This document shows positions 8,983-19,500 of a DNA stretch of 29,450 nucleotides, in pieces. The notes under the pieces were generated by a model. It ran no database searches. It had not been told where the DNA came from and worked only from the letters and a program-made list of their open reading frames with translations. How positions within the stretch are numbered: position 1 is the first letter of the stretch; each line of letters begins with the position of its first letter. The stretch comes from a virus. The stretch lies in the UHGV virus genome UHGV-0338605; one strand, 5' to 3'. Both the position numbers and the translations under genes were made by a program.

Positions 8983-9327
8983 ATGTCAGGTGAAAAAGCA
9001 AGATACCGAGTCCTGCGTTTATCACACATTCATAACAACCTATGGCCTGAAGGCTCTGAAGTTGAGTATGACGGTGAGCCGGGCACGGCGCTGGAGCCGC
9101 TGAACGATGCTGCACGTGCAGCAAAGGCTAAAGCAAAGCACAAAGGCGAACCAACGGTTGTCGTTGCTGAGCATGAGCCGCTGAACGATGCGGATAGCGC
9201 TGATGATGGTCTGGATAAACTCCGCGAAGAGTATGAGTTCCTCTTCAACGAGAAACCGCATCACAACGCCAAAGCCGAAACGCTCCGCGAGAAGATCGCA
9301 GATAAGCGTAAAGAACTGGGCGTCTAA
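8983..9327 (+). CDS. hypothetical structural-module protein (114 aa)
   Basis: AAGGGG RBS before ATG 8983; charged, Lys/Ala-rich; no family recognised. Confidence 0.45.
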   Translation: MSGEKARYRVLRLSHIHNNLWPEGSEVEYDGEPGTALEPLNDAARAAKAKAKHKGEPTVVVAEHEPLNDADSADDGLDKLREEYEFLFNEKPHHNAKAETLREKIADKRKELGV

Positions 9328-9378
9328 GCCTCGCTAATCAAACAGGGGGCTTCGGCCCCCTTCTTGCAGGAGTCCGTT

Positions 9379-9702
9379 ATGGATCTGGTAAACCTCAAAA
9401 CCGGCACCGACACATATCAGGATGAGGATGGTAAAACCCAGACTCGTGATGATTATCCGTGGGGCCTTTGCATTGAGTTGAACAACGAGACGCTCGCCAA
9501 GCTCAAGGCAACGCCTCAATCCGCTGGCACTGAAGTAATGATCACCGCAAAGGCAACTATTCGCTCAACGTCTACCCGCGAAACGGAAGATGGAATGCAG
9601 CATAACGCCAGTCTGCAGATCACTGATATGGCACTCAGCCCCGTATCCGGGGAGCAACCGAAGACAGCAGCGCAAACTCTTTACGGTGGGGAGGATGATT
9701 AA
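9379..9702 (+). CDS. hypothetical structural-module protein (107 aa)
   Basis: ATG 9379 preceded by AGGAG (the track ORF begins at a TTG at 9364); the stop overlaps the next gene's start. Confidence 0.45.
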   Translation: MDLVNLKTGTDTYQDEDGKTQTRDDYPWGLCIELNNETLAKLKATPQSAGTEVMITAKATIRSTSTRETEDGMQHNASLQITDMALSPVSGEQPKTAAQTLYGGEDD

Positions 9703-10307
9703 TGGCCTCCGTTATCGAGATCTGCAACCGCGCGCTGAGCAATATCGGCAACAGCCGCAGCATAAACAGTCTGAATGAAGCCAGTAAAGAGGCCGGACAG
9801 TGCTCCCTGCATTATGATGCTTGCCGCGATGCTGCTCTGGCTGATTTCGACTGGAACTTTGCTACCAAGCGCGTTGCGCTAGCTGATACCAATAATCCAC
9901 CTCCTGACTGGCAATACGCCTACCAGTACCCATCTGATTGTGTTCGCATAACCGAGATCATGCCGACAGGCATACGCAATCCTACTGCTGAGCAGCGCAT
10001 TGAGTATGTTGTCGGTTCCAATGAGGACCTGACAGGTAAGCTCATTTACACCGATCAGCCGAAAGCGTGGTTGAAGTACGTGGCGCGGGTTACTGACGTC
10101 AATATGTATGACGCCATTTTTATGGAGGCGCTTTCCTGGCGTCTGGCTGCTGCTATCAATATGGCGCTGACCGGTAGCGCAGATCTCGGTAACAACGCAC
10201 TGACGATGTACAACCGCGTGATCCTGAGTGCTGGCTCACATAGCCAGAACGAATCACAGGAGCCACAACCACCGGTAGATGAGTTCACAGCAGCGAGGTT
10301 GTCATAA
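9702..10307 (+). CDS. head-tail adaptor / tail tubular protein A-like (201 aa)
   Basis: GGGGAGG RBS; size and position match the gene between capsid and the large tail tubular gene in T7-type order. Positional inference. Confidence 0.45.
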   Translation: MASVIEICNRALSNIGNSRSINSLNEASKEAGQCSLHYDACRDAALADFDWNFATKRVALADTNNPPPDWQYAYQYPSDCVRITEIMPTGIRNPTAEQRIEYVVGSNEDLTGKLIYTDQPKAWLKYVARVTDVNMYDAIFMEALSWRLAAAINMALTGSADLGNNALTMYNRVILSAGSHSQNESQEPQPPVDEFTAARLS

Positions 10308-12778
10308 TGGCTTTTAGCTGGATTCAACCGAGCTTTGCCGGTGGTGAAATTGGTCCGTCACTGTATGGCCGCATTGATATGTCAAAGTATCAGGTGGCGC
10401 TTCGCAAGTGCGATAACTTCATTGTTCGTCAGTATGGCGGTGTCGAGAACAGACCAGGTACGCGCTTTGTTGGCCCAGCTAAATATCCTGATCGCAAGTG
10501 CCGGTTAATCCCGTTTCAGTTCTCGACCGTCCAGACCTACGCGCTTGAGTTCGGTCATAACTATATGCGCGTCATTAAAGACGGAGCTTATGTTCTGACG
10601 ACCAGTAATGTGATTTATGAGCTGGCGATGCCGTATGCTGATACCGACCTTTTCCGCATTAAATTCACGCAGAGCGCCGACGTTCTGACGCTGGTTCATC
10701 CGGCATACCCGCCGAAAGAGTTGCGCCGCTATGCGCATGACAACTGGCAACTGGTTGATGTGGTAACGAAGAACGGGCCATTTGAAGATATCAATATTGA
10801 CGAGTCAGTGACGGTTTATGCCAGCGCCAGCACCGGGACAATTACGCTAACGGCAAGCGCCTCTATTTTTGGCGCGGAGCAGGTAGGCAAATTGTTCTAT
10901 CTGGAACAGCCTGCAGTGGATTCTGTGCCGGTATGGGAAACCAGTAAGAGTACGTCGATTGGCGATATTCGCCGTGCAGACAGTAACTACTATCGCGCCG
11001 TTACAGCAGGCAAAACAGGTACTTTGCGCCCTTCGCATACAGAAGGCACATCATGGGATGGCTGGGGCGGATCCGGTGATGATGATACTGGCATTGAGTG
11101 GGAATATCTGCACAGTGGTTTTGGCATTGCCCGTATCACTGCTGCAAATGGAACTACTGCAACTGCCGAGGTGATTTCCTATATCCCTTCGCAGGTCGTG
11201 GGCGAGGATAATGCCAGCTATAAATGGGCTAAATATGCCTGGAACAGTGTTAATGGTTATCCTGGCACTGTTGTTTATTATCAACAACGTCTTTACTTCG
11301 CCGCATCGACTGCGTTTCCTCAGACTATCTGGGCCAGCCGTACCGGGGATTATAAGGATTTTGGCAAAAGCAATCCTACGCAGGATGACGACAGAATTAT
11401 CTACACCTATGCCGGACGTCAGGTTAATGAGATCCGCCACCTGATTGATGTTGGTTCTCTGGTGGCGCTGACTTCCGGAGGTGAGTACGTCATCACCGGC
11501 GACCAGAACAAAGTGTTAACCCCATCATCATTTGCATTCAGCTCTCAGGGATCAAATGGCTCAAGCAACGTCCCGCCAATTGCCGTGGCGAATATTGCTC
11601 TGTTCGTCCAGGAGAAAGGCAGCGTTGTCCGTGATCTGGCCTACTCATTCGATGTTGACGGCTATCAGGGGAACGACCTGACCATCCTTGCCAATCATCT
11701 TTTTCAGAAGCACAGCATTGTTGACTGGTGCTTCTCGATTGTCCCTTACTCCAGTGCCTTCTGCATTCGTGATGACGGTAAATTACTGGTGATGACCTAT
11801 TTGCGTGATCAGCAGGTTTTTGCATGGGCACCACAATCCAGTACCGGAAAATATGAAAGCACATGCAGTATCAGCGAAGGCAATGAAGATGCGGTGTATT
11901 TCGTCGTTAACCGAACCGTTAACGGGCAAACAGTGAGATACATCGAGCGACTGTCCAGCCGTTTATTTACCAGCGATGAAGATGCTTTCTTTGTTGATTC
12001 TGGCCTTAGCTATGATGGAAGAAATACGTCTGACAGAACGATGACCATCACTGGTGGTTCTGGCGAATGGGATTACCGCGCGGAATATACAATCAGTATT
12101 TCTGGCGGTGCGTACTTCACCAGTAGTGATGTCGGTGCGCAACTACAGTTCCCTTATACCGGAACTGATCCTGATACTGGCGATGAAGTGTCAAAAGAAT
12201 TACGTTGCGACATTATTTCTGTAACCAGCAACACCGCTGTAGTGGTTCGTGCTAACAGGAACGTCCCGCCATCCCTCAGGAATGTGGCCACCACGAACTG
12301 GCAGATGGCGCGCCGGACATTTGGAGGCCTGTCTCATCTTGAAGGCCAGACCGTAAACATTCTCTCTGATGCGAACGTGGAACCACAGAAAGTGGTTTCC
12401 GGAGGTGCCGTCACGCTGGAATCTCCGGGGGCTGTAGTGCACATCGGCCTGCCAATAACTGCTGAATTCGAAACACTGGATATCAACATTAACGGACAGG
12501 AAACGCTGCTGGACAAAAAACAGGTGATCCCCTCCGTTACTCTGGTTGTGAATGCCAGTCGCGGCATCTGGGCGACTACGCCCGGCGGTAAATGGTACGA
12601 ATATCCACAGCGTGAATTCGAGTTCTACGATGATCCTGTTGATGATGCTACCGGAAAAGTAGAAGTGAAACTGGACAGTAACTGGGGCAAAAACGGACGT
12701 GTAAAAATCCGTCAGCTTGATCCGTTGCCGCTGTCTGTTCTTGCCGTTATTCCTCGCCTTACTGTTGGGGGATTCTGA
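10307..12778 (+). CDS. tail tubular protein B / nozzle-like (823 aa)
   Basis: Large ORF, start overlaps the upstream stop (ATAATGG); size and position match T7 gp12-type proteins. Positional inference. Confidence 0.5.
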   Translation: MAFSWIQPSFAGGEIGPSLYGRIDMSKYQVALRKCDNFIVRQYGGVENRPGTRFVGPAKYPDRKCRLIPFQFSTVQTYALEFGHNYMRVIKDGAYVLTTSNVIYELAMPYADTDLFRIKFTQSADVLTLVHPAYPPKELRRYAHDNWQLVDVVTKNGPFEDINIDESVTVYASASTGTITLTASASIFGAEQVGKLFYLEQPAVDSVPVWETSKSTSIGDIRRADSNYYRAVTAGKTGTLRPSHTEGTSWDGWGGSGDDDTGIEWEYLHSGFGIARITAANGTTATAEVISYIPSQVVGEDNASYKWAKYAWNSVNGYPGTVVYYQQRLYFAASTAFPQTIWASRTGDYKDFGKSNPTQDDDRIIYTYAGRQVNEIRHLIDVGSLVALTSGGEYVITGDQNKVLTPSSFAFSSQGSNGSSNVPPIAVANIALFVQEKGSVVRDLAYSFDVDGYQGNDLTILANHLFQKHSIVDWCFSIVPYSSAFCIRDDGKLLVMTYLRDQQVFAWAPQSSTGKYESTCSISEGNEDAVYFVVNRTVNGQTVRYIERLSSRLFTSDEDAFFVDSGLSYDGRNTSDRTMTITGGSGEWDYRAEYTISISGGAYFTSSDVGAQLQFPYTGTDPDTGDEVSKELRCDIISVTSNTAVVVRANRNVPPSLRNVATTNWQMARRTFGGLSHLEGQTVNILSDANVEPQKVVSGGAVTLESPGAVVHIGLPITAEFETLDININGQETLLDKKQVIPSVTLVVNASRGIWATTPGGKWYEYPQREFEFYDDPVDDATGKVEVKLDSNWGKNGRVKIRQLDPLPLSVLAVIPRLTVGGF

Positions 12779-13242
12779 TGATCGATGTTCAAATTATTCC
12801 CGCAACCGAAGAGCATCTTCAGATGATTTTGCCGGATGTTCGTCAGGCTGATATTGACGAACTGTATGCGGTATCACTGATGACTACCGAAGATGCGCTG
12901 CGTGTTGGTCTGCGTACTGCGACTATGGCCTGGTCAGGATTTGCGAACGGAGAACTGGTAACCATGTTTGGCGTATCTCCGGCGTCAATGATCGGTGGCA
13001 ATGGTACGCCCTGGCTGGTCGGAACCAGCCGTATCGAAAAATATCAGAAGACATTTCTTCGCCACTGCCGCCCTGTATTGCAGCAGATGCTGGCAGTTTA
13101 TCCGCGCCTGGAAAACTATGTCGACGAGCGAAACCATGTTGCCAAAGCATGGCTGCACTGGCTTGGATTCAGGCTTGAAGAAGCCGCGCCTTATGGTGCT
13201 CTTGGTCTTAATTTCCACAGATTTCACATGGAGAGAAAATAA
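12778..13242 (+). CDS. hypothetical virion/assembly protein (154 aa)
   Basis: ATG overlaps the upstream stop (TGATG); lies between the tail tubular and internal virion genes. Confidence 0.45.
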   Translation: MIDVQIIPATEEHLQMILPDVRQADIDELYAVSLMTTEDALRVGLRTATMAWSGFANGELVTMFGVSPASMIGGNGTPWLVGTSRIEKYQKTFLRHCRPVLQQMLAVYPRLENYVDERNHVAKAWLHWLGFRLEEAAPYGALGLNFHRFHMERK

Positions 13243-13817
13243 TGTGCGATCCGGTTATTGCTGGTGGCGCAATGCTCGCCATGAGTGGCATTCAGGCATA
13301 CACCCAGTACCAACAGGGAAAGTATGCCTCGAAGGTTGCAGAAGCGAACGCAGATATAGCCACAGCTCAGGCAAATGATGCAATAAACAGAGGTAACGCT
13401 GAAGCTGAGCAACGGCGCAGAGAGACCCGACAGCGGCTTGGTACACAGGCGGCGACAATGGGGGCTACCGGCGCTGATTTATCTACAGGTAACGCGCTGG
13501 ATATATTTGGCGACACTGCCCAGTTTGGCGCTCTTGATTCTCTGACGACGGTGAATAACGCGCAACGCGAGGCTTACGGTTATCAGGTTCAGGCTGCCAA
13601 CTATAAAGCAGAAGCCAGTTCAGCCCGTAAACAGGGGAATGTGGGAGCAGCAACAACATTGCTCACTGCGCCTCTGAAGGCATACGGTGCGTACCAGATG
13701 TTTGGTGGGACGTGGAGTCCGTTCTCTAAAGGAAGTACATCTAGTGGTGGGACGCCAATGTTATCTAACTCAGGTTTTATGAATTCTGACTCCCGATTCA
13801 AAATAGGAGGTTACTGA
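13242..13817 (+). CDS. internal virion protein, gp14-like by position (191 aa)
   Basis: GGAGAGAAAA RBS; hydrophobic N-terminus then Ala/Gln-rich helical region; first of three consecutive genes of increasing size, as in T7 gp14-16. Confidence 0.45.
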   Translation: MCDPVIAGGAMLAMSGIQAYTQYQQGKYASKVAEANADIATAQANDAINRGNAEAEQRRRETRQRLGTQAATMGATGADLSTGNALDIFGDTAQFGALDSLTTVNNAQREAYGYQVQAANYKAEASSARKQGNVGAATTLLTAPLKAYGAYQMFGGTWSPFSKGSTSSGGTPMLSNSGFMNSDSRFKIGGY

Positions 13818-16564
13818 TGCCTGTTGTTCCTACTACATCCGGACGCCAGGTGCAAAGTCGTGGTGTGCAAACCGGTGGTTTTCAGACCTTCGATGTTCCT
13901 CAAGCAGGTCAGGTGCTGGCGAATGTCGCAGATCAGTATGCGGTGGCATATGGTGAAGCCAGGCAGAAAGCGAATGTTGCTATGGCCCAGGAGGCGTTAC
14001 TGCAATTTAACCAATTTGCAGATGACCAGATTAACAACCCTGAAAATGGGCTGATTTCTAAACAGGGTAAAAACGCTCTTGGTCAGAGTGACGCTGTTAT
14101 GAAAAATATGCAGGAAAGGGCTCAGGCATTATTAGGCTCAATTCCTGAAAGTGAGGAAAGGAATAAATTATCCTTTCAACTCCAGCAGTCTATGCAGTCT
14201 TATTACAATCAGGCACGTCGATATGAAGTTGGGCAGTTTCAGCAATTCCAAGATCAAACGTATTTGTCAGGAAATGCATTGGCTGTCACTCAGTCTGCGG
14301 GGCTATATAGCGATAACCAAGCATTTGTCGATTTAGCCAAGCAGCGATTTGAATCTATTGATCAATACGCTGATGCGCATGGGCTTCCTGATGAGTGGCG
14401 TGTTCAGCAGAAAACTCAGCTCAAGGAACAAATGGGGCAGCAAGCATGGATAGGAAATATCGCTCAAAAATACAACGAGTTTCTTCAGGTTAATGGAGAG
14501 CCAGGGGATCTTGACGGTGTGAGTCGTGCAATGTCACATGGTAATTCATTGGATGCTCGTGGGTTACGTAATAATAACCCTGGTAATATTGAAGCGAGCA
14601 AATCTAACCCGTGGGAAGGTCAGATCGGTAGCGATGGACGTTTTGCAACGTTTGCTACCCCTGAGCATGGAATCCGCGCGTTGGGTAAAAATATGTTGTC
14701 TTACCAGCGTCAAGGCTATGACACCGTTAGCGAGATTGTTAATCGCTATGCTCCGGCTAGTGATGGTAATAATACTGATGCTTATATTAGGGCATTGTGT
14801 GGTGAGCTTGGTGTTGGGGAGAATGATCAGCTTGATATCTCTAACCCAAAGACACTAGCTGCTTTATGTGCTGGGATTATTAAACACGAAAATGGCAGTA
14901 TGCCTTATAGCACCGAACAGCTTGAAACTGGTATCTCGGCAGCCCTTGGTCTAACTAACCTTGATTCACCTAAGCGTTATACGGGCAATGCGGCATTTGA
15001 TGCTATGAGCCCTCAAATGCAAATACAGGCATTGAGGCAGGCTAATGAGCTGAGAAATCAGTACCGCCAGCAGTATGCGGACCAGCTTAGCACCGTAGTT
15101 AAAGATGCATATTCAGCCCTTGATGAAGGATTGAAACCTGAGCAGTTACCTTCTGAGGACGATTTTATCCGGGCCAATGGTCCGCGCATTGGCGCTATGA
15201 AGTGGAAGGATATGCAGGCGCAGATACAATATGGAGGTGTCATTGGTGCCGCTAAAGACCTCACTCCAGAAGGACGACAAGACATTCTTGAACGTTTACG
15301 TCCACAGGATCCAAACGCTCCTGGATTTGCAGCTAACCAGCAACGCTGGGAGAAAATGCAGGCCAAATTTAAAGAGATGGATAGGGAGTGGGAGATTCAG
15401 CAGGGAAGAAACAGGTTCGTGTCTTCAATGCAAAATAACTTCCCGCTGGACCCGAACGACAAAAACAATCAGGCAGCGGTAGACCGTTATTTCGCGCAGG
15501 ATATCGCGCCTTCGTTTTCCATATCTGATCCGCAGAGCATCAATACACTGGTCACCGTCACAACTAAAAGCGGCATGATACCAACTCAGGTTAAAACAAT
15601 GCTTAACAGTGGAGCAACATCAAGAGATCCTGCGCTGGTTGTCCCGATGGCAAAATTCTACGGTCAGTTATTCGATAATAATCCGGCGGCAGCGGCAACA
15701 CTTGATAAAAGTACGATGGCATTTTACGGCAAGGTTTACGATTATTCCCGCGCTGGCGTGCCGGAGGATAAGGCTGTTGATATGGCTTACAGCCAGGTGT
15801 TCCAACAGGATGACCGAATGAAACAGATGCTTTCCACTGCCATGCGAGACAAAAAATATGTCGCGGCGAGGGCAACTGCTGCACAAAATAACGCCAGCAG
15901 TCTGACTTCCTTTGGTTCGTGGTCTCCGGATATTACCGATCCAGGAAAATCAAATGCGGCCTATCAGCGAGATTACCAGACAATTTACGATGCTAACTTT
16001 GTACAGACAGGTGGCGATGCAGAACAGGCTGAGAAAATGACCAATGCCATGATCAGAACCACTTGGGGAGTTTCTACGGTTAATGGCAAAGCAGAGGTTA
16101 TGAAGTATGCACCTGAGGCATTGTACGGAGTAAATAATGGTGCTGGTAACTGGATACAGGGGCAGTGGGAGCAGGAAAAACGCGAGCTTAAATCAAAATC
16201 CTTTGGCGGTCCTCGCAGTGATACGGACTTAATACTTGTTTCTGATGGCCTTACGGCAAGGGATAGGAGTTATGCTGTTATGGTTTTACAGCCTGACGCA
16301 AACGGAGCGATAGAACCGAGAAATTATATTGGAGAAAATGGTCTCCCTGTTCGTTTCAAGCCGGATCAGCTGACATCTCCAATGTACAGGCAAACCATTC
16401 AGTTCCAGCAACAGCGTGTTGATGAGGCTAGAGTGCGGAGAGAAGGCAATCCGCTGCCGCAGTTCAGCAATAAAGATGGATATACTCCTCCAGATCTGAC
16501 CAAACCATTCGGTTATGGTTCAGCCAATTACCTTCCGAGCAATATATACGCAGGGGGCAAATAA
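13817..16564 (+). CDS. internal virion / ejection protein, gp15-like by position (915 aa)
   Basis: TAGGAGG RBS, ATG overlaps the upstream stop; AT-rich central segment containing GLRNNNPGNIEASKSNPWEGQIGSDGRFATFATPEHGIRALGKNM, a motif I associate weakly with virion-borne cell-wall-interacting domains. Confidence 0.5.
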   Translation: MPVVPTTSGRQVQSRGVQTGGFQTFDVPQAGQVLANVADQYAVAYGEARQKANVAMAQEALLQFNQFADDQINNPENGLISKQGKNALGQSDAVMKNMQERAQALLGSIPESEERNKLSFQLQQSMQSYYNQARRYEVGQFQQFQDQTYLSGNALAVTQSAGLYSDNQAFVDLAKQRFESIDQYADAHGLPDEWRVQQKTQLKEQMGQQAWIGNIAQKYNEFLQVNGEPGDLDGVSRAMSHGNSLDARGLRNNNPGNIEASKSNPWEGQIGSDGRFATFATPEHGIRALGKNMLSYQRQGYDTVSEIVNRYAPASDGNNTDAYIRALCGELGVGENDQLDISNPKTLAALCAGIIKHENGSMPYSTEQLETGISAALGLTNLDSPKRYTGNAAFDAMSPQMQIQALRQANELRNQYRQQYADQLSTVVKDAYSALDEGLKPEQLPSEDDFIRANGPRIGAMKWKDMQAQIQYGGVIGAAKDLTPEGRQDILERLRPQDPNAPGFAANQQRWEKMQAKFKEMDREWEIQQGRNRFVSSMQNNFPLDPNDKNNQAAVDRYFAQDIAPSFSISDPQSINTLVTVTTKSGMIPTQVKTMLNSGATSRDPALVVPMAKFYGQLFDNNPAAAATLDKSTMAFYGKVYDYSRAGVPEDKAVDMAYSQVFQQDDRMKQMLSTAMRDKKYVAARATAAQNNASSLTSFGSWSPDITDPGKSNAAYQRDYQTIYDANFVQTGGDAEQAEKMTNAMIRTTWGVSTVNGKAEVMKYAPEALYGVNNGAGNWIQGQWEQEKRELKSKSFGGPRSDTDLILVSDGLTARDRSYAVMVLQPDANGAIEPRNYIGENGLPVRFKPDQLTSPMYRQTIQFQQQRVDEARVRREGNPLPQFSNKDGYTPPDLTKPFGYGSANYLPSNIYAGGK

Positions 16565-19500
16565 TGCCGATATATGAACAGGATCCTAAAAAGTTGCTTG
16601 GCGAGGATATTCAGCAAATAGCAGCACCTGATGACAGTAATTTCTATATGGAAACACCTTCTTTGCTTTCTGCTGTGAACCCATTTACCAGTGATCAACG
16701 CGTTCAAAGGTCTAGACAAGCAGCATTTCGTATAGATAACACGCTGGGTAGCTTTATTGCCAGTGCTCCTTTCAGTCAGTTTGACAGGGTTGAAGGATAT
16801 AACCCATTTGATAACGATGCAGCAGATATTAAAGGCTATGAAGATTTTGCAGATTCGTTTATCAACTCCGGTTCGCCTGAAGAAACAATGGCAATTAAAC
16901 ATCGAATCGATCAGCAGAGAGCTGACATGGAATACAATTCAGGCTTGGGATTTGCTGGTACAGTCTCTTCTGTAGCAATGAGATTAGCAGATCCATTCAA
17001 TGCGATTTCTATGTTTATTCCGTTCGGCGCTGTCGTTCGTGGCGGTCGTATTGCAGAAACAGCCGGGCGTTTTGCCCTGGCGAATGCTGCTGGCAGTGTT
17101 GCTTCAGAGGCCGCATTACAGGCCACTCAGGAAGCTCGCTCACCGATGGAGAGCGTATCGAACGTTGTTGTTGATGCTCTCGTTGGTGGGATCCTTGGTG
17201 CTGGTGCACAGCTACTTGCTGGACCTGGCGCGCGCGAGGCAGTGGTTAACTCAGTAGGTAATCATTTGCGAGGTATGGATTCTCCTCAAAGCATTGGTGC
17301 AGCTCAGGTTTTCAATACCACACTCGATCAGGAACAGCTCGCTGGACTTGGACTTGCTAACAAAACGTTGAGTGTCACTCCTGCTGGCCGCTTGGCGCAA
17401 TCACCATCTCTTGTCTCCCGTCAGATTAACCAGCAGCTTGCCGAAAATAACTATTTCTTCGCCAAAAATGATGAGGGGTTGGCTACGTTTACGGCAGTCG
17501 AGACTAAGATTAAGCAATACGACGCCATGCTTTATAAGCAGATGGAAGCCACTCGTGATGCTTACCAGCAGTACAGCAAATCTGTTAGCGCCCGCGGCGT
17601 GAAGAGGATGAACTTTATTGATTTCAATGAAGCTGTTGGCATGGCTATGCGCCGTGGTGATCAGAGTGATATTCCTGAGGTTTCACAAGCAGCCGCCAGA
17701 ATCCGCCCCATTTTCGAGACCACAAAAGCCCGTATGCAGGAACTGGGGATCCTTCCTAAGGATATCGATGTCGTGACGGCGAAAAGTTATCTTCCCCGCA
17801 TTTATAAGTTCGATAAGATACTTTCCGACCGCACTGAATTCAGAGGGCGAATTGCCAACTGGATACAAGGGATTAGTGCCAAAGGTGCTGACAAAGCAGG
17901 TCAGCGAATTGAAAGGATAAATTCATTGCTAAAAACTGCAGAGGAATCGGCACCGCGCGCTGATGCTCTCGCTAGTGAAATCGCTGAAGCGGAGAAATGG
18001 TCTGGTAAAAAAATTCTACTCATGGAAGAACTGGATAAACGAAATAAGCTTATATCTCAGGAGACTGACACACAGGCGCGTCTTACAAGAATAGAAAAAG
18101 AGTTGGCCGAGACTTCATCAGAAAAACTTCAGGCAAGAATGATGAAAGAAAGCTCTGACCTTAAAACACGCCTTGATGATATAGCGCAGGCAAAGAGTGA
18201 GCTTCCTGTCTATCAGCGCCATATGGAGTTGTTGGATAATCCACGGAAATATCGTTCTGAGCTTCGCCGACTGCAAAAACGGGCAAATTCAACCACAAGG
18301 CTGAATGCAAGCCGCGAACGAGCACTGAAGCAGATGGAGCCTCTATCCCGAGAGGAAGCAGAGGACGCTGCTGACGAGATCGTGAATAAAATAATAGGCG
18401 CACCTTCCGGGCTTGTACCAGCCGATATTATCCCAGAGAGACTCGTTGGTCGGGCTGGTTTCACTAAAAGCAGAACGCTGCTTATTCCTGATGAGCGTAT
18501 AGAAGATTTTCTTGAATCAGATGTTAACTACATCATGGAAAGTTATCTCCGGCAGGTGGCACCAGAAATTGAGCTGACTGCGCAGTTTGGCCGTAAAGAT
18601 ATGGGGGAGCAAATCCGTCAGGTTAGTGAGGAATATACCCGGCTAATAAAAGAGGCTAAAACACCTAAACGACGTGCAGTTCTTGAGAAGCAACGGGAGG
18701 CTGATATTAGGGATATTACGGCTATGCGTGATCGACTGCTTGGTACTTACGGTGCACCTCAAGATCCACGCAGTTTCTTTGTTCGTGCCGGGCGAGTTGC
18801 TAGGAATATTAACTTCCTCCGTTTGCTTGGTGGAATGACCGTCTCCGCTGCAACTGATCTGATGCGACCGATGATGCAGCATGGCCTGAGAAAATCTCTC
18901 GGACCAATGGTAAGCATGCTTAAAAATATGGACTCAGTGAAGATTGCAACCAGGGATTTGCGAGAAATGGCCGTTGGGCTTGATTATGTCCTGTCTACGC
19001 GTACAAAGGCTATAGCGGATCTTACTGACCCATATAGCCGGAGAAGCGCCGCTGAGCGAGGCCTGAACTGGATGACGCAGAAATTCGGTAACTGGACGCT
19101 GATGAATCAGTGGAACAGCGCACTTAAATCATGGTCTGGGATGATAGTGCAGTCGAGGATACTTGACGCGGCTCGCCAAGTTTCTGCTGGTGGCACGCTC
19201 TCCAAAAGTGAAATGCGGAAGATGGCACAGGTCGGCATCAATGAAGATGTTCTGCGCCGAATCGGGGAGCAATTCGGGAAGCACGGAGAGGATATGGACG
19301 GGCTGTTAACCGGGCATAGTCATCTGTGGGATGACCGTTTCGCTAGAGAGATTTTCCAGTCTGCAGTGCTGAAAGATGTAGACTCAGTGATTGTAACGCC
19401 TGGCGTAGGTGATACACCGCTGTTTTTTAGTAAAGAAGGCTGGAAGATGATCACGCAGTTCAAAACGTTTATCTTCGCACAGCATAACAGGGTGCTGGTA

